From the human T2T-CHM13v2.0 reference genome, Homo sapiens: 64,000 nt of DNA. This document shows positions 31,813-46,427 of the stretch, one piece after another (positions within the stretch are counted from its first letter, which is position 1; each line of letters opens with the position of its first letter). Location: assembly GCF_009914755.1 (NCBI RefSeq), contig NC_060941.1. One strand, written 5' to 3'. A program made the position numbers and the translations under genes. The notes under the pieces are model-generated. The model did not search any database and had not been told where the DNA came from. It saw nothing but the letters and a program-made list of their open reading frames with translations.

Positions 31813-33697
31813 TCATGTCATAGTTTAATTGGCAGTTTTTTCCTTAGTGACATAGAAGACAGTGATGGATCGTACAACCTTTGGCACCTTAGAGTTTATG
31901 AAAAAGTAGCATCTGTTCTATAGAAATTATGGCCACACTCTGAGGAGCAGAGTTGGGGACAAGAGTGGAAGGAAGAGTCTGATGGTGACACGGTCTCCTG
32001 CAGGTCTTCCCAGAGCCCCATTCACCACCCATGATCACTCCCTGCCCCGTTTCCCATTTTCTTTATATTCTACCCTTTTGCGGCAAGGGACTAACAAGGG
32101 CCATGCATGCCTGGCAACACAGGCGGTCCCATCCTTCGCTCAAGCCCTAAGTGACCCCTGCTGGCCGCACTCAATGGTAACTGACTGCTGGAAGGATGGT
32201 CAGCCACTGTCCCCAATGCAGGCAGCCCCTTGGTCCCCCCATTCCCATCGTTCCCCACCCCATCTCCCCACCCTTCTCTCAGCAGGAGCCTCCCCCATAC
32301 CACCCCAAGTCAGCTTCCTAAAATGCCCTGTGGCTCTGGCTCACCTGCTGGAAACAAGGCAAGGTCAAGGTCAAGCTCCAACCCCCACCCCCAGCCCAGC
32401 TGCCCTTGGGGGTTTTCCTCTCCCTCTGCTGCGTTTCCTTCTCTTGGGCCTGCTCATCTTTCTCGGGCTCTTTTTCTTCTTTGTCTAAGTCTTACTGCCG
32501 ACCTACCACACTTAAGGTTCTCTTCTGCTGCCATCTTCTGTCGGCCCTGGCCCCTGAGCACGGGACCAGGATTGGAAGTGGCAGGGGTTGAGGGAGTTGA
32601 GTTAGGGTGTAAGCGTGGCTGACTTGGTGAAATCTTAAGATTTGGGGGAGATCTGAAGTGCCTTGCTCTCAATGTCAGTATTGATTGTGGATGGGTTAGG
32701 AGGAGGAGAAAAATTCCAAGTCTCAGCACAAGGCGGGTGGCTGTGAGGAGCAGATGCAGTTCACTATTGCAGAGTCGGAGCCGGAGAGGCAGAGGTGGAG
32801 GCCGCTGACGCCAGGCCAGCTCTCTAGGTCTCAGCAGAGGAGTCGCGCGGGAGCCCCAGGACTCACTCTCCTTGCTCCTAGCAGGCCTCAACTAACAACC
32901 CTTCTCCACCACGGTGTTGAGCCGTTGATGGGGGTGATATGAGCTTGTAGATGAGTTGGGGAGACCTGGTGTTTTGCACCCGTGGCAGTGGCACGCTTCT
33001 TGGGCTGTTCTGCTCTGCTTTTTATGTCCGCCGATAAGGTCGGAGAGTCTCTCCCCGGCGCTCCTATGCACATCTTGTTAAGTTTCTTCTTAGAGCTTCT
33101 GTTGCTGCTGGGAAAGGGATCCCCCACCACCCCCCGCCCCCTTTCTTAGTGGGTTCTTAGGATGGCGCATGAGAGAGTTGCTCTTTATTGCCTCCTGGTT
33201 CTCCCAGTATGGGTTTTTATCCATCCAGTGGTTCCAAGACAGTGGCTGTGATGAACGGAGTTGCCGCGAGTCTCGTGGCATTTGGACCCTGCACCGCTCG
33301 AGATTCACTGCGCTGCACACCAGGGCCTCGGTAATTCAGTCAAAACAACAGATTTAGAGGTGTACAGAAAGGGCCATTCTATTTTCCATTTTGTATATTT
33401 CATGTCTCTTTAAATCTCTTAAAGCTTAGAACACCCGTTTTTCATATGCCTTTCTAAAAACTTTTTTCCAGGCGATTTTTAGATGCTATTTATGTGTAGT
33501 AAAATGCGTAGATCTTGAGTGTTTAGTCTGATGAGTTTTGACAGTTGTATCCTCCTGCTTAATCACACTCAAAGCAAGATGGAGATCATTTCCACTCCCC
33601 AGAAAGCTCCCTCAGCCCCCTTTCCAGTCAGTTTCTCCTGGCCGAGGCCAGCCGCCTTCTGCCTCCTATCACCAGAGGCTAGTTTTGCCCATGGAAC

Positions 33698-34465
33698 TGA
33701 ACGCCCCGATGAGTTCGTCTTGTCTGCTGCACAGACAAAACCAATTCACGGAGGCTGCAATATTGTAGTAAAGAAAGAATTTAACTCAAAGCCTTGCAGG
33801 TGGAAGGACGGGAGTTTTATTATTACTCAAATCAGCCCCTCTGAGAACTCAGAGACTAGGGTTTTTATGGATAATTTGGTGGGCGGGGCTAGGGAGTGGG
33901 TGCTGCTGATTGGTTGGGGGGTGAAGTCATGGGGTGGGGAAAATGGTCTTCTGCACTGAGTCTGCCTCTGGGTGGGGGCCACAGGATGGGTCCAGGTGGG
34001 GTCAGTTGGTTGCCAGAACGCAAAACTCTGAAAAACATCTCCAGTCTTAGGTTTTGTAATGTGTTGTTTTCTACAGGAGCAATTGGGGAAGTCGCAAATT
34101 TTATAACCTGGCCACGACTCCCGAGCAGCAAGGAATTATAGAAAGGCAAGCTAGGGATGATGGCTGGGTATCATTAGTGACATCTACATCTTAGCAGAAT
34201 TCAGGCCCCTCACATAATCCTAATCTCATGGCCTTTCATAGTCTTACAAAGGTGGTTTCAGTCCCTGAACCAGGAGGGGACCAGTTTTAGGGAGGGACTG
34301 TTATCATCCTTGCTTTAAAGTTCAACTGCAAACTAAATTCCTCCCATGGTTAGCTGTGCCTGCATCCGGGAATGGGTGAGGGCAGCCGCCTGTGAGGTTA
34401 GGAGGGAGGTGGAATCAGCCTTGCCAGCCTTTTCTCCCTGTCATAATCTTGCCCAGGTGGCCTCA
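33698..34465 (-). mobile_element. LTR8/LTR8A-like solo LTR (ERV1) inside an old L1 fragment
   Basis: Reverse complement begins tgaggccacc..gcaagattatgacag...ctaaccatgggaggaatttagttt; also ttttattattactcaaatcag. Confidence 0.78.
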
Positions 34466-35819
34466 CTTATTTTTTACCTTTTTCTACAGTGACCACATGT
34501 GATGTATTCTTTTGCTCTTGCGTTTGGCCTCGTTCACTCAGGGTGAGGCTTCTGAGACTCGTCCGGGCGGCAGCTCATTGCTGGGTGTCCCGGAGCCTGC
34601 ACATCCACGCAGGGTGCATCCACCCTCCCTCTCCCACAGGTTCACGCTGCACCTGTTTCCAGTGACTGGCTTTTAGGGATAAAGCTGCCATGAGTGTTGG
34701 GGTGCAAGTCTTGTGTGGACCATATATTTTTATTTCTCTTGAGTGTATGGGATTGCAGGTCATTGGGTGGTTGTATGTTTCCAGTTACATTTTGCAAGCC
34801 ACTCTAAATTGACAAAAATGACAAAAATCATCTCTTTGCAAAGCCAGGCAATCTGCAGAGGAATCTTTATTTACAGTTTCCTCCAGCACTCTGGAGACAT
34901 GGAAGCGTAGGCATCAGTGAGCTGGGAGGTATTTGGTTGTCTTTGAATGAATTATTAGGTGAGATATTGACATTATTTCCCCTCAAACAGTCCACATTCC
35001 TGAATGGCAGGGAGTGAAGGCAGCCTGTGCTTATGTTTGTGCTTATTATGGAGTGTGCACGTGGATCTATTTACCGTGTGGAAAATAATAGAATGAATTG
35101 CTTTTACACATTACTGGGCTTAAGAAATGGAAGGTGACATAGCCTTTGAAACCCCCTCTGAGCCCCTCCCCAGTCACAGTCCCCTCTGTCTTCCTGAGCT
35201 CACCCTGTCCTGATTGGGCCTTGTGCCTTCCTCTGCTTGAGACTGGTTCTGTGCGTGTGCGTGTGTGCAAGCAGGTGTGTGCACAAGATGGGCTGGCCTG
35301 CCCTGCTTTGGCACGGAAGCATCCTCCGCTGGGTGTTTGTTCTGAGGCTCATCTCACAAGGATCTGGGTCCTCAGGCTCCCACTGCTCTGCATCTTCCCC
35401 GTGACAGCCGCGTGGGCATTTGCTCTTGACCCTGTGGTGGCTGAGACAGAAACCTTGGAGGAGTCACTCACTTCTGTTGGAGCAAAATGCAGGCCTCCTC
35501 CAGGGCTGCGTCTGGGAGGGACTTGGGTGGTGGAGTGTTTATGACTTAGCGCAGAGGGCTCTTACGTGCAAACCATCTTGGCTGTGGAGCGCCCTGTTGC
35601 CTGGAAGGTCTGCCTTCTCATGGGGGCTGGGCTTCCAGACTCCTGAAATGTGCTGTGAGGCTTCCTATTCTTTCTTAATGATTAAAAATACGATTTCTTC
35701 TTTAATGCCCAGCACAAATGCATTTAGCTGTGTTTATTTTTTTCCCTAAGTAACAGAAGCAATCCTGAGAAAATAATTCTTACACTCAGTATTGATTCTC
35801 TGCTTCATGTGCTAGGGTG

Positions 35820-36030
35820 TTCCCCCTCCCACTGAAGTTGCTGCTGCTTCACCCTCTCCTCCTCGATGGCCTACCATCCTGCAGCCTCGCTCCCTGCGCC
35901 TGCCCCCTTCTCCTTCTCCTCCTTCCCCTTTCAGTGCTTGCTCTTCCCTCCTTTCCTTCTTCTCTTCCTCACCCCACTCTTCCCCCTTTTCTCCTCCTGC
36001 CTCTCTTTCCACCTCCTCCTCCGTCCCTGC
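35820..36030. repeat. CT-rich low-complexity tract
   Basis: About 200 bp of mostly C/T. Confidence 0.75.
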
Positions 36031-36653
36031 TGGTCTCCTAAGAAGCACTTAGTAGCACTCAGAATCCTTGACCTTGGCAGGCTTGGGAAGTGTTGGTTAA
36101 TGAAGGGATGTGAAGACGAAGGGAGTCTGAGTCTCCAAAGGAATCATGGCTGTTGGGAGTTTGCTTGATTAGGAGATGGGCCGTTTATTACAATGTGAGT
36201 TGTTAACTCTAAAGTGCCTGAGATAAATTTATAGTGTTTATTTGCTTCAGAAGGAGTTGGATTTTTTCTTACAAAGTGAAATATACTTTTCTAAATTTTA
36301 TGTTTATATAAACATAATTTATGTTGTTATAGTTTTAATCTGCATTACTCCTCAAAAGGAACAAAAATGTTTTGGCTTTTTTCTCCCTGAGCTGCAGAGA
36401 CCTTTTTCTCCTGCTTCTGTCCTCTGTATTCTCCCCACCCCTTTCTCCCTCCTTTCTTCCCTCTTTTTAATCTGTCAATTAAAATATTTGAAAGGATATC
36501 ACTGAGATCTTTGGGCAAGGACTTTACCTGTTTTTGCTGTTGTCAACCGAGGGTGCGGTGGCTCCTCCCACCTGCTGTCTCTGGTTTTTACTGGGCTTCC
36601 TCTCCATTATCCTAATTAGGTGGTTTGCCGGTTGTTACACATCAAAGACCTGA

Positions 36654-37395
<742 letters not shown>

Positions 37396-37686
37396 CCCCA
37401 AAAATTTTTCTTTAGAAATGATATAAAGTATGAAGAACTCTTGGAAGATCTTCGTCGGAAAGATGAAGGAAGTCTTGTTTGTCTCGTAACCCTGGAGGCC
37501 ACTGAGTATCTCTCCCTCCCATCTGCCTGTGCCCGTGTATCCTGCGTCTGTTGTGAAATGTTTACCATGCCTTGACTGGGACTTGTGGGCTGAGCAGGGA
37601 GGACAAACGTTTTATTTTTAGTGACTGTCCCTCAAAGAGCTATACTTTCGATGCCTTTCAATATGAAATAGTAAAAATCTTGCCAT

Positions 37687-37845
37687 TTGATATTACCTAA
37701 AATATTACTCTTCTCCAAAGTTGGTTTGCCAAAATAAATTATGTTTATTATCTACTCTTTCTCCTTGATATTATCTAAAATATTATTCTTCTCCAAAGTT
37801 GGTTTGCCAAAATAAATTACGTTTATTATCTACTCTTTCTTCTTG
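37687..37845. repeat. 78-bp tandem duplication
   Basis: ttgatatta(c/t)ctaaaatatta(c/t)tcttctccaaagttggtttgccaaaataaatta... at 37687 and 37765. Confidence 0.95.
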
Positions 37846-38197
37846 CTATGAGTTTAAGAAGACTCTTGTTCCCTCTCCCTCGATCAAGCCTGCTGCAGAC
37901 ACAGAAGATGGAGACTAGAAGAAGTGCTAGGACAAGCTACCGCTGTCTTCAGGGTGACCCTGAAGAGTTAGGTCCTTGCCGTGAGTATAGGTGAGGCCGA
38001 AACAAGTGACCCGGAATCTAATCACAGCCTGGGCAGAGTGTAGGAAGGGCGCAAGGATGAAAATGACTGCTTGGTTGGACGCAGCAAAATGTTGATTATT
38101 GGCCATATATGCGTCACTTTGCTAGTTGCTGTGGATATAACAATAAGTGATACCTCCTACTGGCAAAGAATTCTAAGTCTGATAGGGAAAATAAACA

Positions 38198-38290
38198 TCA
38201 TTCATTCATTCATTCAGCAAATGTTTATTGGGATTCCACTGTGCTTCAGCCTCTGTGAGCAGTGCCCAACATTGCCCCTGCTGTAGTGGT
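38198..38290 (-). mobile_element. L2 3' end
   Basis: cattcattcattcattcagcaaatgtttattg. Confidence 0.65.
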
Positions 38291-40841
38291 GCAGAGCCTC
38301 ATGGGGAGATGGGTGGCCGAGCAGTCCGAGAACCCACCTAAGGAGTGGATGGTAAACTGAGGCAGCGCCTTGAAAGGAAGAATGCTGTCTGTGAAGGGTG
38401 ATGGCGAGTTCTCTTGACCAGAAGCCATGCGAATTACTGCCCGTGTCCTCTGATCGAGCCTTCTAGGCCACTACCGTATCCTCAGAGAAGGCTTTATAGT
38501 CCAGCCAACAGCACTCCAGGAATTGTCTACTCAAGGAATGCAGTAGGTGGCACTTGTTGAGTGCATTCTGTGTGGTTAGGACACTGATTCATCAGGGCCT
38601 GGATTTTCCCAATAACCCCGGGAGGAAGGCGTTCCCGTCTCCACGTCCCTTTCCCAGCGTGCCAGTGCTGATGGTAGGTTCTGCTGGATCCCTGCCCCGG
38701 TGCATGTTGATCTTTCCAGTACAGCTTGTTGCCCCCCAGGGAGGCAGGGAAGTAAGTCCATACCACATTGGAAGAGTTAGACGGGTCTTGGAGAGGCTGG
38801 AGGGGGACAGCCGGGGGAAGCTCCATAGAGGTGGTGACGTCTGAGCTGGGAGCGAAGGGAGACCAGGGCTGGGCAAGGTGGGCAAAGTGTGAGCAGACAT
38901 TCCAGTGGAAGCCAGAGGAGCAGGCTGGACTCTGCATTTGTTCCTACTGGAATAAGGAACAGGTGTTTGAGTGGATACAGAATAAGGACTTGATCGCCTT
39001 CCTTGCTGACAAGTGCATCGTGAGGTGCTCTTTTTTCTACTCATCCCACTTTCGAAGTTTCTTTTTCTTGACTATTTTGACTTAAGATGCCCAGAGTTAA
39101 TAAAGTTGCATAATTTATCTTCCCATTTAAAAGATGTCAGTGGAAGTCATAGCAAATAGTAAGCCCTTCGCACCCATGACCTTTGTTTAGCTGAGTCTCT
39201 TGGGACAAAGATAACAAGTTGTTGACACACGGGAGAGAATGTTAGTATTCTTTGTGGTTTCATGGGACAAATATGGAGGCTCCTTCATTTGCTTGATACT
39301 AACTGCAGTTTGGACTTAAGCCTGCAGAGGTGATTGGAAAGATTTTCAGTGAAATGAGTGGTGTAATTGTGATTGTGATAATGCAGGTGACTGCTTTTCA
39401 TTCATTCGGTTCCCACCGGCAGCCTGGCATTTAGAAAAAAGTTAACCTTTCTGTGAAATCATTTTAGTGGGAAAATCCACAAGGGTCTGCCATTCTGTCA
39501 GCAACAAAAATGCCGTGGGCAGAACGACCTTCAGATGGGATTCTGGAACCACAGGGGGTTTAATGCAAACAGATGACATGGAAGCTGCACAGAGGAAACG
39601 TCTGGTTTCAGGCGCGGGCATCTAACCTGCCCTGTTCTTCAGTGCAGGTTTCAGATACCACAGCAGTAAACAGTTACCACATTTCCCTTAGTGTAGCAGG
39701 CCTGAGGGGTAGCGGAGAGGCAGGTTGGGCCTCCACTAGACAAAGTTTATCCTAGTGAGTTCTTTTGGGTTCAACTTGTCAAGGAGGGTGGCTACTGAGA
39801 GGTTGCCTGATAATCTCCAAGTTTCTTCCATCTCCATCCATTTTTACTCATTACTAGCCTTTATAAAGTACAGAGTGAGATAATTTTCATCATGTTCCTA
39901 GGCTGGCAGGCCTGGGTTCTAAGTATTACTTGAGGTCATAGAGCAGGCTTGTGTTCTTTGTAGAAAGGCCTTTGATAGGTGGCCGCAGGAGGTCTTCGCG
40001 CCCTGTCCCCTCAGCATGCACTTGTTCTCCCAGAGTCGGCCATGGCCATTCTTCCAGGCTTCTGGAGAAAGGACCTCCTCACAAGCAGACAGCAAAATAA
40101 AACAATGACCAGTGTCAGAGAAGATGACACCCCCGTCTCCCATGTTTGCACGCCTCAGCAGTTCTCAGCCGTATGCCTATGCTTTTACAAGTGAAAACCA
40201 GCTCTTTAGGTCACTTGCGTCACAGGGATCTCCTCTTTTCTGTCCAGCTACCTGGCAGTCATTATTCCTCATTGTTTATTGTTAGAAACCTTTTGTTCAG
40301 CAGAGCGGCTGCCCCAGGGATCACAGGCAGAGCGGGTCCTGCTGGAGTTTAGTCTCAGGACAGCGGCTTGTCCGCATTCGGGTTTGAGCATGAGAATGTT
40401 GTTCCCATGATTTCAGAGAAGAACAACTGTTTTAAAGGTCAGATTTTATTCTGTCCAGTATTCTGTAAAGGACGAGTTGAATATCAATGAAAGAAAGAGC
40501 TTTAGTAGCTGTGGCAGTGCTGTGGGTCTGCTGCCTCCCGGGTGCTTCTCACACCACAGAGGCTGGAGAGCCAGGTGCCCCTGCAGCCAGGGCTTTGCTC
40601 GGGGACACGCTTGCCGGAGGCCAGGCTACCCTAAGTGTGCACCGAGGGAGGTGGTGGGACCTGCCCGTTCTGCTGGCTCAGCAGGAGCAGCCAGGGGCTG
40701 GGGGCTTCTGGGGCTTTCTAGGGCGTGGGAATGTGGGTAGGGGGCATTTCCCAGCTGCTGCACAGGCCACTGGTCCTGGCCTGCCTTCCCTGAAAGCTGA
40801 GTCCAAATTCTTCTTCTCTTGCCCTTGCACGGAATCTGTAA

Positions 40842-41235
<394 letters not shown>

Positions 41236-43734
41236 CAGTAGTTCACTCTTAAAACGCCTTGTTATGTTTCTCCCCTGCGCTCTGGTGACCCCCAGACCTC
41301 TCCATGGAGGGACAATCTTCTGCACCAGGAGCTCTTCCCCTCTGTGGATCATCTCTCTTTCCTCTTCCCTTCCTTTTTTTCCTGATACTTCTGATACTTA
41401 TTCAAATAATTCATTTTTTTTGTTCTTCAGTCGTCACTTTCATGTTTGATTTCTGAATGCCTCTTTAGGCCTGGCCTCTGTCTTTGCTCAAATTGTGTAT
41501 TTGAGACAGTCTACAACATCACTCAGGTATCTTTAGATTTGTCTTGTCTGAGTGGAATTCATCCTAAAATTGGAAGCTTTAGATGTACAAGAGATCTGAA
41601 TAATAGTTTAAAACCATTACCCTCATCTGAAAGATAAGGTGGTGGGGCTGGGACAGAGAAAGTGACTTGCTCAGTGAAATCGACTGCAGACCGGACTCCG
41701 GGTTTCTTGGTTTCTTGTTCACTGTAAGGTTTGACCTTAAGCCAGTTTCTTGTCACAACTGTCTCATTTCCGACCATAATACAGAGAACATCACCTTTAA
41801 ATTGTCCCTCTTTTATCACCATCCACTTAGTCACCAGGTCCTACCCGTCCCTTGTCCGTGTCGGGAATTTGCGCCTTCCCTCTCCTTTCCCACTCCTTGT
41901 TCTAATTCTCAGTCTTTATACTTAAGCCTCACTGTCATGCCACTGTTGCCATTAGATTTTCTGCTTCTGACCTTTTTAAGCCTTTTAACCATCCGGAGCG
42001 TTGCTGTCAGCACTCGATTTTGACATGACGCCTGCCCGCTGCTTCGTCTTTTTCTATTTGTACCCTATTTTTTTGATGGCACTCGCTACCTCTCACACAC
42101 TGTGCAGTTTTCGTATTTATTGTGTTTAGGGTCTCTTCCCCACTTGACTGTGAGCTGTAGGAGGCCAGAAATTGTAATCCATTTGGTAACAGATGTACCT
42201 ACAGCTCCCGGCCAGGTGGTCATCCGCAGTCCACACACGCATTCAGCTCTGGTATACGATAGATGTGTAGTGTAGCAGCACCTGGCGTTTGCCTGTAGAC
42301 GACACACAGTAGTTGTTGAATTTGTGGGACCCTTGATAATCAGCCCCCCAACTCCCCCCCACATTCATTTCTGATTACTCTGAAGCATAAACCCTCCCCG
42401 GTAGCCACAAGGGTCTCCTCGGTCAGGGGAATGGATTCTCCCTGGTCCTAGGGGAGCACACGCTCGTCCTTGTTACCCTCTCTGTGGTGGAGCTGGGTTG
42501 CACACTGGAACTTATCCTCGCCGGGGTCAGTGATCCTGGAGGTCGGTTGCCTCCATATTGAGCCCCTAAAGCACCTGGCCCTGGGAAGAGCGTGGGCCCT
42601 GGAGCGTGGCCCAGTATTTCCTCTTCTGTTTTGCTGTATCCTGAATTTCTCTTCTTTTTCTTTCATTTCTCAGAGTCCAAGTCACATCCTGCTTCCTCTG
42701 GGCTCACCATCTCTGCCGTGTTGCTCCACGGGCCCCTCCTGGCCTTTAGTGCCCTCTGCAGCCTGTGCTCTTCGTCCTTGTGCTGCCCGGCAGCCGATGG
42801 CCTTTCCTCCAGGCTCGGCACAGTAGGAAGCGCCAATGTTCCTGATAATCAAATTTATGGGCGTGCGTGTGAGAGAGAGAGAGTGTGTTCCTGCTGAAGC
42901 ATCTCGGTTAAATCAAAACACTCTGTAATTATTGGGTTCTTCTTTCCTCTTGCCAGAACACTCTCTAATTATTGGTTTCTTTCCTCCTGCTCTTGACATT
43001 TGATGTGTCTATTTGCCCTCTCTGTCAATAGTGCTGAGTAGAATACTGCAGGCACAAGTCATGTTTTTGTAACGATTTTCGACAGATTAGCATTCCTTTA
43101 AAAAAGAACTTAAGTCGGTTGGGGAAGGGGGTCCACTCATATTACAAGGGGGATACTTTCAAAAATCCTTCAAATAATGGTAAGAGAAGCAGCTTTGCAT
43201 AGTTGTGAGGGAACCTGGGGCTTACTGGAGAAGTGAGCACACTTCTCCAGGCATGCCATCTGCAGCCTTCCTTTTCTTTCTAGGCTGACCTATGGTCTTC
43301 TGGTCACTAGTCATTCCATTTGGCAGTAGAATCACCTTCTCAGTTTTGAAATAGGTGTAACCAGTAGGGGAAAAGGATTGTGGTGTGCGTGGTGTTCTTT
43401 GCGCACAAAGATGACCGTGGAATTTTTGAAGGAGGCAATTATTGTCATTGTTTAATATATAACTGGAGGCTTAATTTCCAAGTAGCTGTTGTAGCATTAA
43501 ATGTCCCTGGCTAGGTGCCAGTAGCTATTTCCATTGTACATTGAATCTATTGCTTCTTTTTAAAATACAATGGTTCGTAGGTTGATTTATCTTTATTTTA
43601 AAGAAAGGGCTAATATCACAAGGTAAGTTTTTGAGCAGATACTATATTACGAAGTGTTCTGACTCGGATACTGGAGAGGAACAGTGGCCCTGGATACCTC
43701 CTCTGTGAAGGTCAGGTTAAGATCTCTTTATGCT

Positions 43735-43990
43735 CACAGTATAAAGATTAGGTTTGGCTGAGAGTTACAGGGGAGAGGAAATAACAATTGTGTAACTCAA
43801 ATTAAAGTTTGTTCACTCACATTAAGATTCCCTAGAAGTAGTCATTCCAAGGCTGTTTAGTGCTCCAGCATAGCAAGGCCTCGGGCTCCTCCTATGTTTA
43901 CTTTGCTGTGCAAAGGTTCTTTTTTTTTTTTTTTTTTTAAATGGTTACCTCATTGTCCAAGATGGCTGCTCAAGCTCCAGCCATTGCATA
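43735..43990. mobile_element. Old LTR (LTR33-like), left part; continues at about 45874-46065 after HSMAR2
   Basis: ttaggtttggctg...tccaaggctg...caagatggctgctcaagctccagccattgca; downstream gggaggctggaaaatatctag. Confidence 0.5.
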
Positions 43991-44059
43991 TATGAGGGGA
44001 CTTCAAAAAGTTCATGCAAAAAAAGAATTAAAAGATAAAAATAAAAAACAAACTTCTCA

Positions 44060-44360
44060 GCCAGGCGCGGTGGCTCACGCCTGTAGTAATGCCAGCACTT
44101 TGGGAGGCCGAGGCGGGCAGATCACGAAGTCAGGAGATCGAGACCATCCTGGCTAACACAGTGAAACCCTGTCTCTACTAAAAACAGAAAAAATTAGCCG
44201 GGTGTGGTGACAGGCACCTGTAGTCCCAGCTACTTTGGAGGCTGAGGCAGGAGAATGGCGTGAACTTGGGAGGTGAAGCTTTCAGTGAGCCGAGATCGCG
44301 TCACTGCACTCCAGCCTGGGCGACAGAGCGAGACTCTGTCTCAAAAAACAAACAAACAGA
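44060..44360 (+). mobile_element. AluY inside HSMAR2
   Basis: gagatcgagaccatcctggctaacac; TSD about aaacaaacttctca. Confidence 0.93.
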
Positions 44361-44434
44361 CTTCTCAACATAAGGTCTAACAAGATCAAGACACTTTTGT
44401 AAATGACGATACCACCCATTTAATCTGTCCCTAA

Positions 44435-44822
<388 letters not shown>

Positions 44823-45454
44823 TAAAGATTAGGAAACAAACAAGTCAGAAGGAGCCAAATCAGGACTGTAAGGCAGATTTTTAATGATTGTTTCCCATGA
44901 AAACTGTCACAAAGTTCCCCTTGTTGGATGCTTGTTTTGGATGCGAGCAATGAGCAGGAGCACTGTTATCACTGTGGAGGTGGAGGGGGCTCCCTGGTGA
45001 CACTTTCCTGGGCATTTTTCTGCTCAAGCTTAGGCTTTCTCAAACACTCGTAACAAGCAGCTGTCATCGTTGTTTGGCCTCCAGAAAGCCAACAAGCAAA
45101 ATGCCTTGAGCATCTCAAAGAGCGGTTGCCGTGACCTTCGCTGTCATCCAGATTGCTCTTGCTTTGATGGAGCCACTTCTTGGTAGCCGGCGCTTTGATT
45201 GTGGTTTGTCTTCAGGATCTGCTGGGAAAGTCGTGTTTCATTTCCTGTTTCAATTCTTCAAAGAAATCCTTCAGGGTCTTGACCCCATTTGTTTGAGATT
45301 TCTGTCTAAAGCTCTGCTCTGGTCTGCAGCTCATCTGAGTGCAGCATTGGCAGCCATCAAATGGAAAGTTTGCTCAACTGTAATTATTCAGTCAGAATTG
45401 TGTAAGCGCGATGGAGAGGTCTGTGATACTGGCTGTTGTTTGTGTTGTTAATTG

Positions 45455-45703
45455 TCAGTCCTCTTCACTTAGGGCATGAACTAGATGAAGTCTTGCCTTG
45501 CAAATTGGTGTGGTTGGTCTGCCACTGAGAGTGTCATCATCTTGGCCCTCCTTAAAATTAATTGTCCACTTGAAAACTACTGATTTCTTTGGTGCATTGC
45601 CCCCATCAACTTTTTGTAAAGCACCAATGATTTCACCATTCTCCCACCCAAGGTTCATTATAAACTTGATGTTTGTTCTTGCTTCAATTTTAGCGGAATT
45701 TGT
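45455..45703 (-). pseudogene. Hsmar2 transposase remnant (N-terminal DNA-binding region)
   Basis: ORF 45455-45658; consensus ATG appears as ACA at 45701-45703; premature stop after EED. Confidence 0.85.
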
Positions 45704-46202
45704 GTTGCTCTGATAAGGGCTCCTTTCAAACTAATATCTTATCCTTCTTACTGTCTCAAACTAGATCCTGTTTACACATGTTATGGAACAAGTTAGTATA
45801 AGTTTATTTTGGGGCAAAATGTTTTTTGAAGTACGTGCATAGTTTTTTTTCTTGAACATGAAAACCCTTTGTACATTTCACCTTTCCGGAAAGAAGAAGT
45901 AGGGAAGAAGACCCCACTGTTTTCCTTTAAGGATGTTTCTTAAAAGTTACACTCAGCACTTTCACAGGGAGGCTGGAAAATATCTAGGTGACCCTGTGTG
46001 CAAATGAAGAACTGGGGATTCTAGTTATGGAAGGGTGGGGTGGATACTGGGGAAAACGAACAGCCTCTGGCATAGGCGCCATCCTGGCTGATGCTGAGTT
46101 TCTTCTTTTCTACCTGAGCTTAGCTAAAATCTCGCCACCACGCCCAGAAGAGAATGCATTTGCTTTGGAGTTTTCTGTAATCCTTCTGAATTGGTTCTAA
46201 AT

Positions 46203-46427
46203 TGGTGGCCGGCGCCTGTAGTCCCAGCTACCTGGGAGGCTGAGGCAGGAGAATGGCATGAACCTGGGAGGCGAAGCTTTCAGTGAGCCGAGATAGCGCC
46301 ACTGCACTCCAGCCTGGGCAACAGAGCAAGACTCTGTCTCAAAAAAAAAAAAAAAAAAAAAAAAACAACTTCTCAACATAAGGTCTAACAAGATCAAGAC
46401 ACTTTTGTAAATGACAATACCACCCAT
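46203..46427 (+). repeat. Dispersed local duplicate of 44205-44419 (AluY right arm plus HSMAR2 flank)
   Basis: Shared acttctcaacataaggtctaacaagatcaagacacttttgtaaatgac(g/a)ataccacccat and shared variant gaagctttcagtgagcc. Confidence 0.93.

Noticed and set aside
32454-33320. Chain of minus-strand ORFs as a processed pseudogene
   Set aside because: No recognisable protein, poly(A) or TSD, and part of it looks L2-like. A tBLASTn/BLASTx search would settle it.
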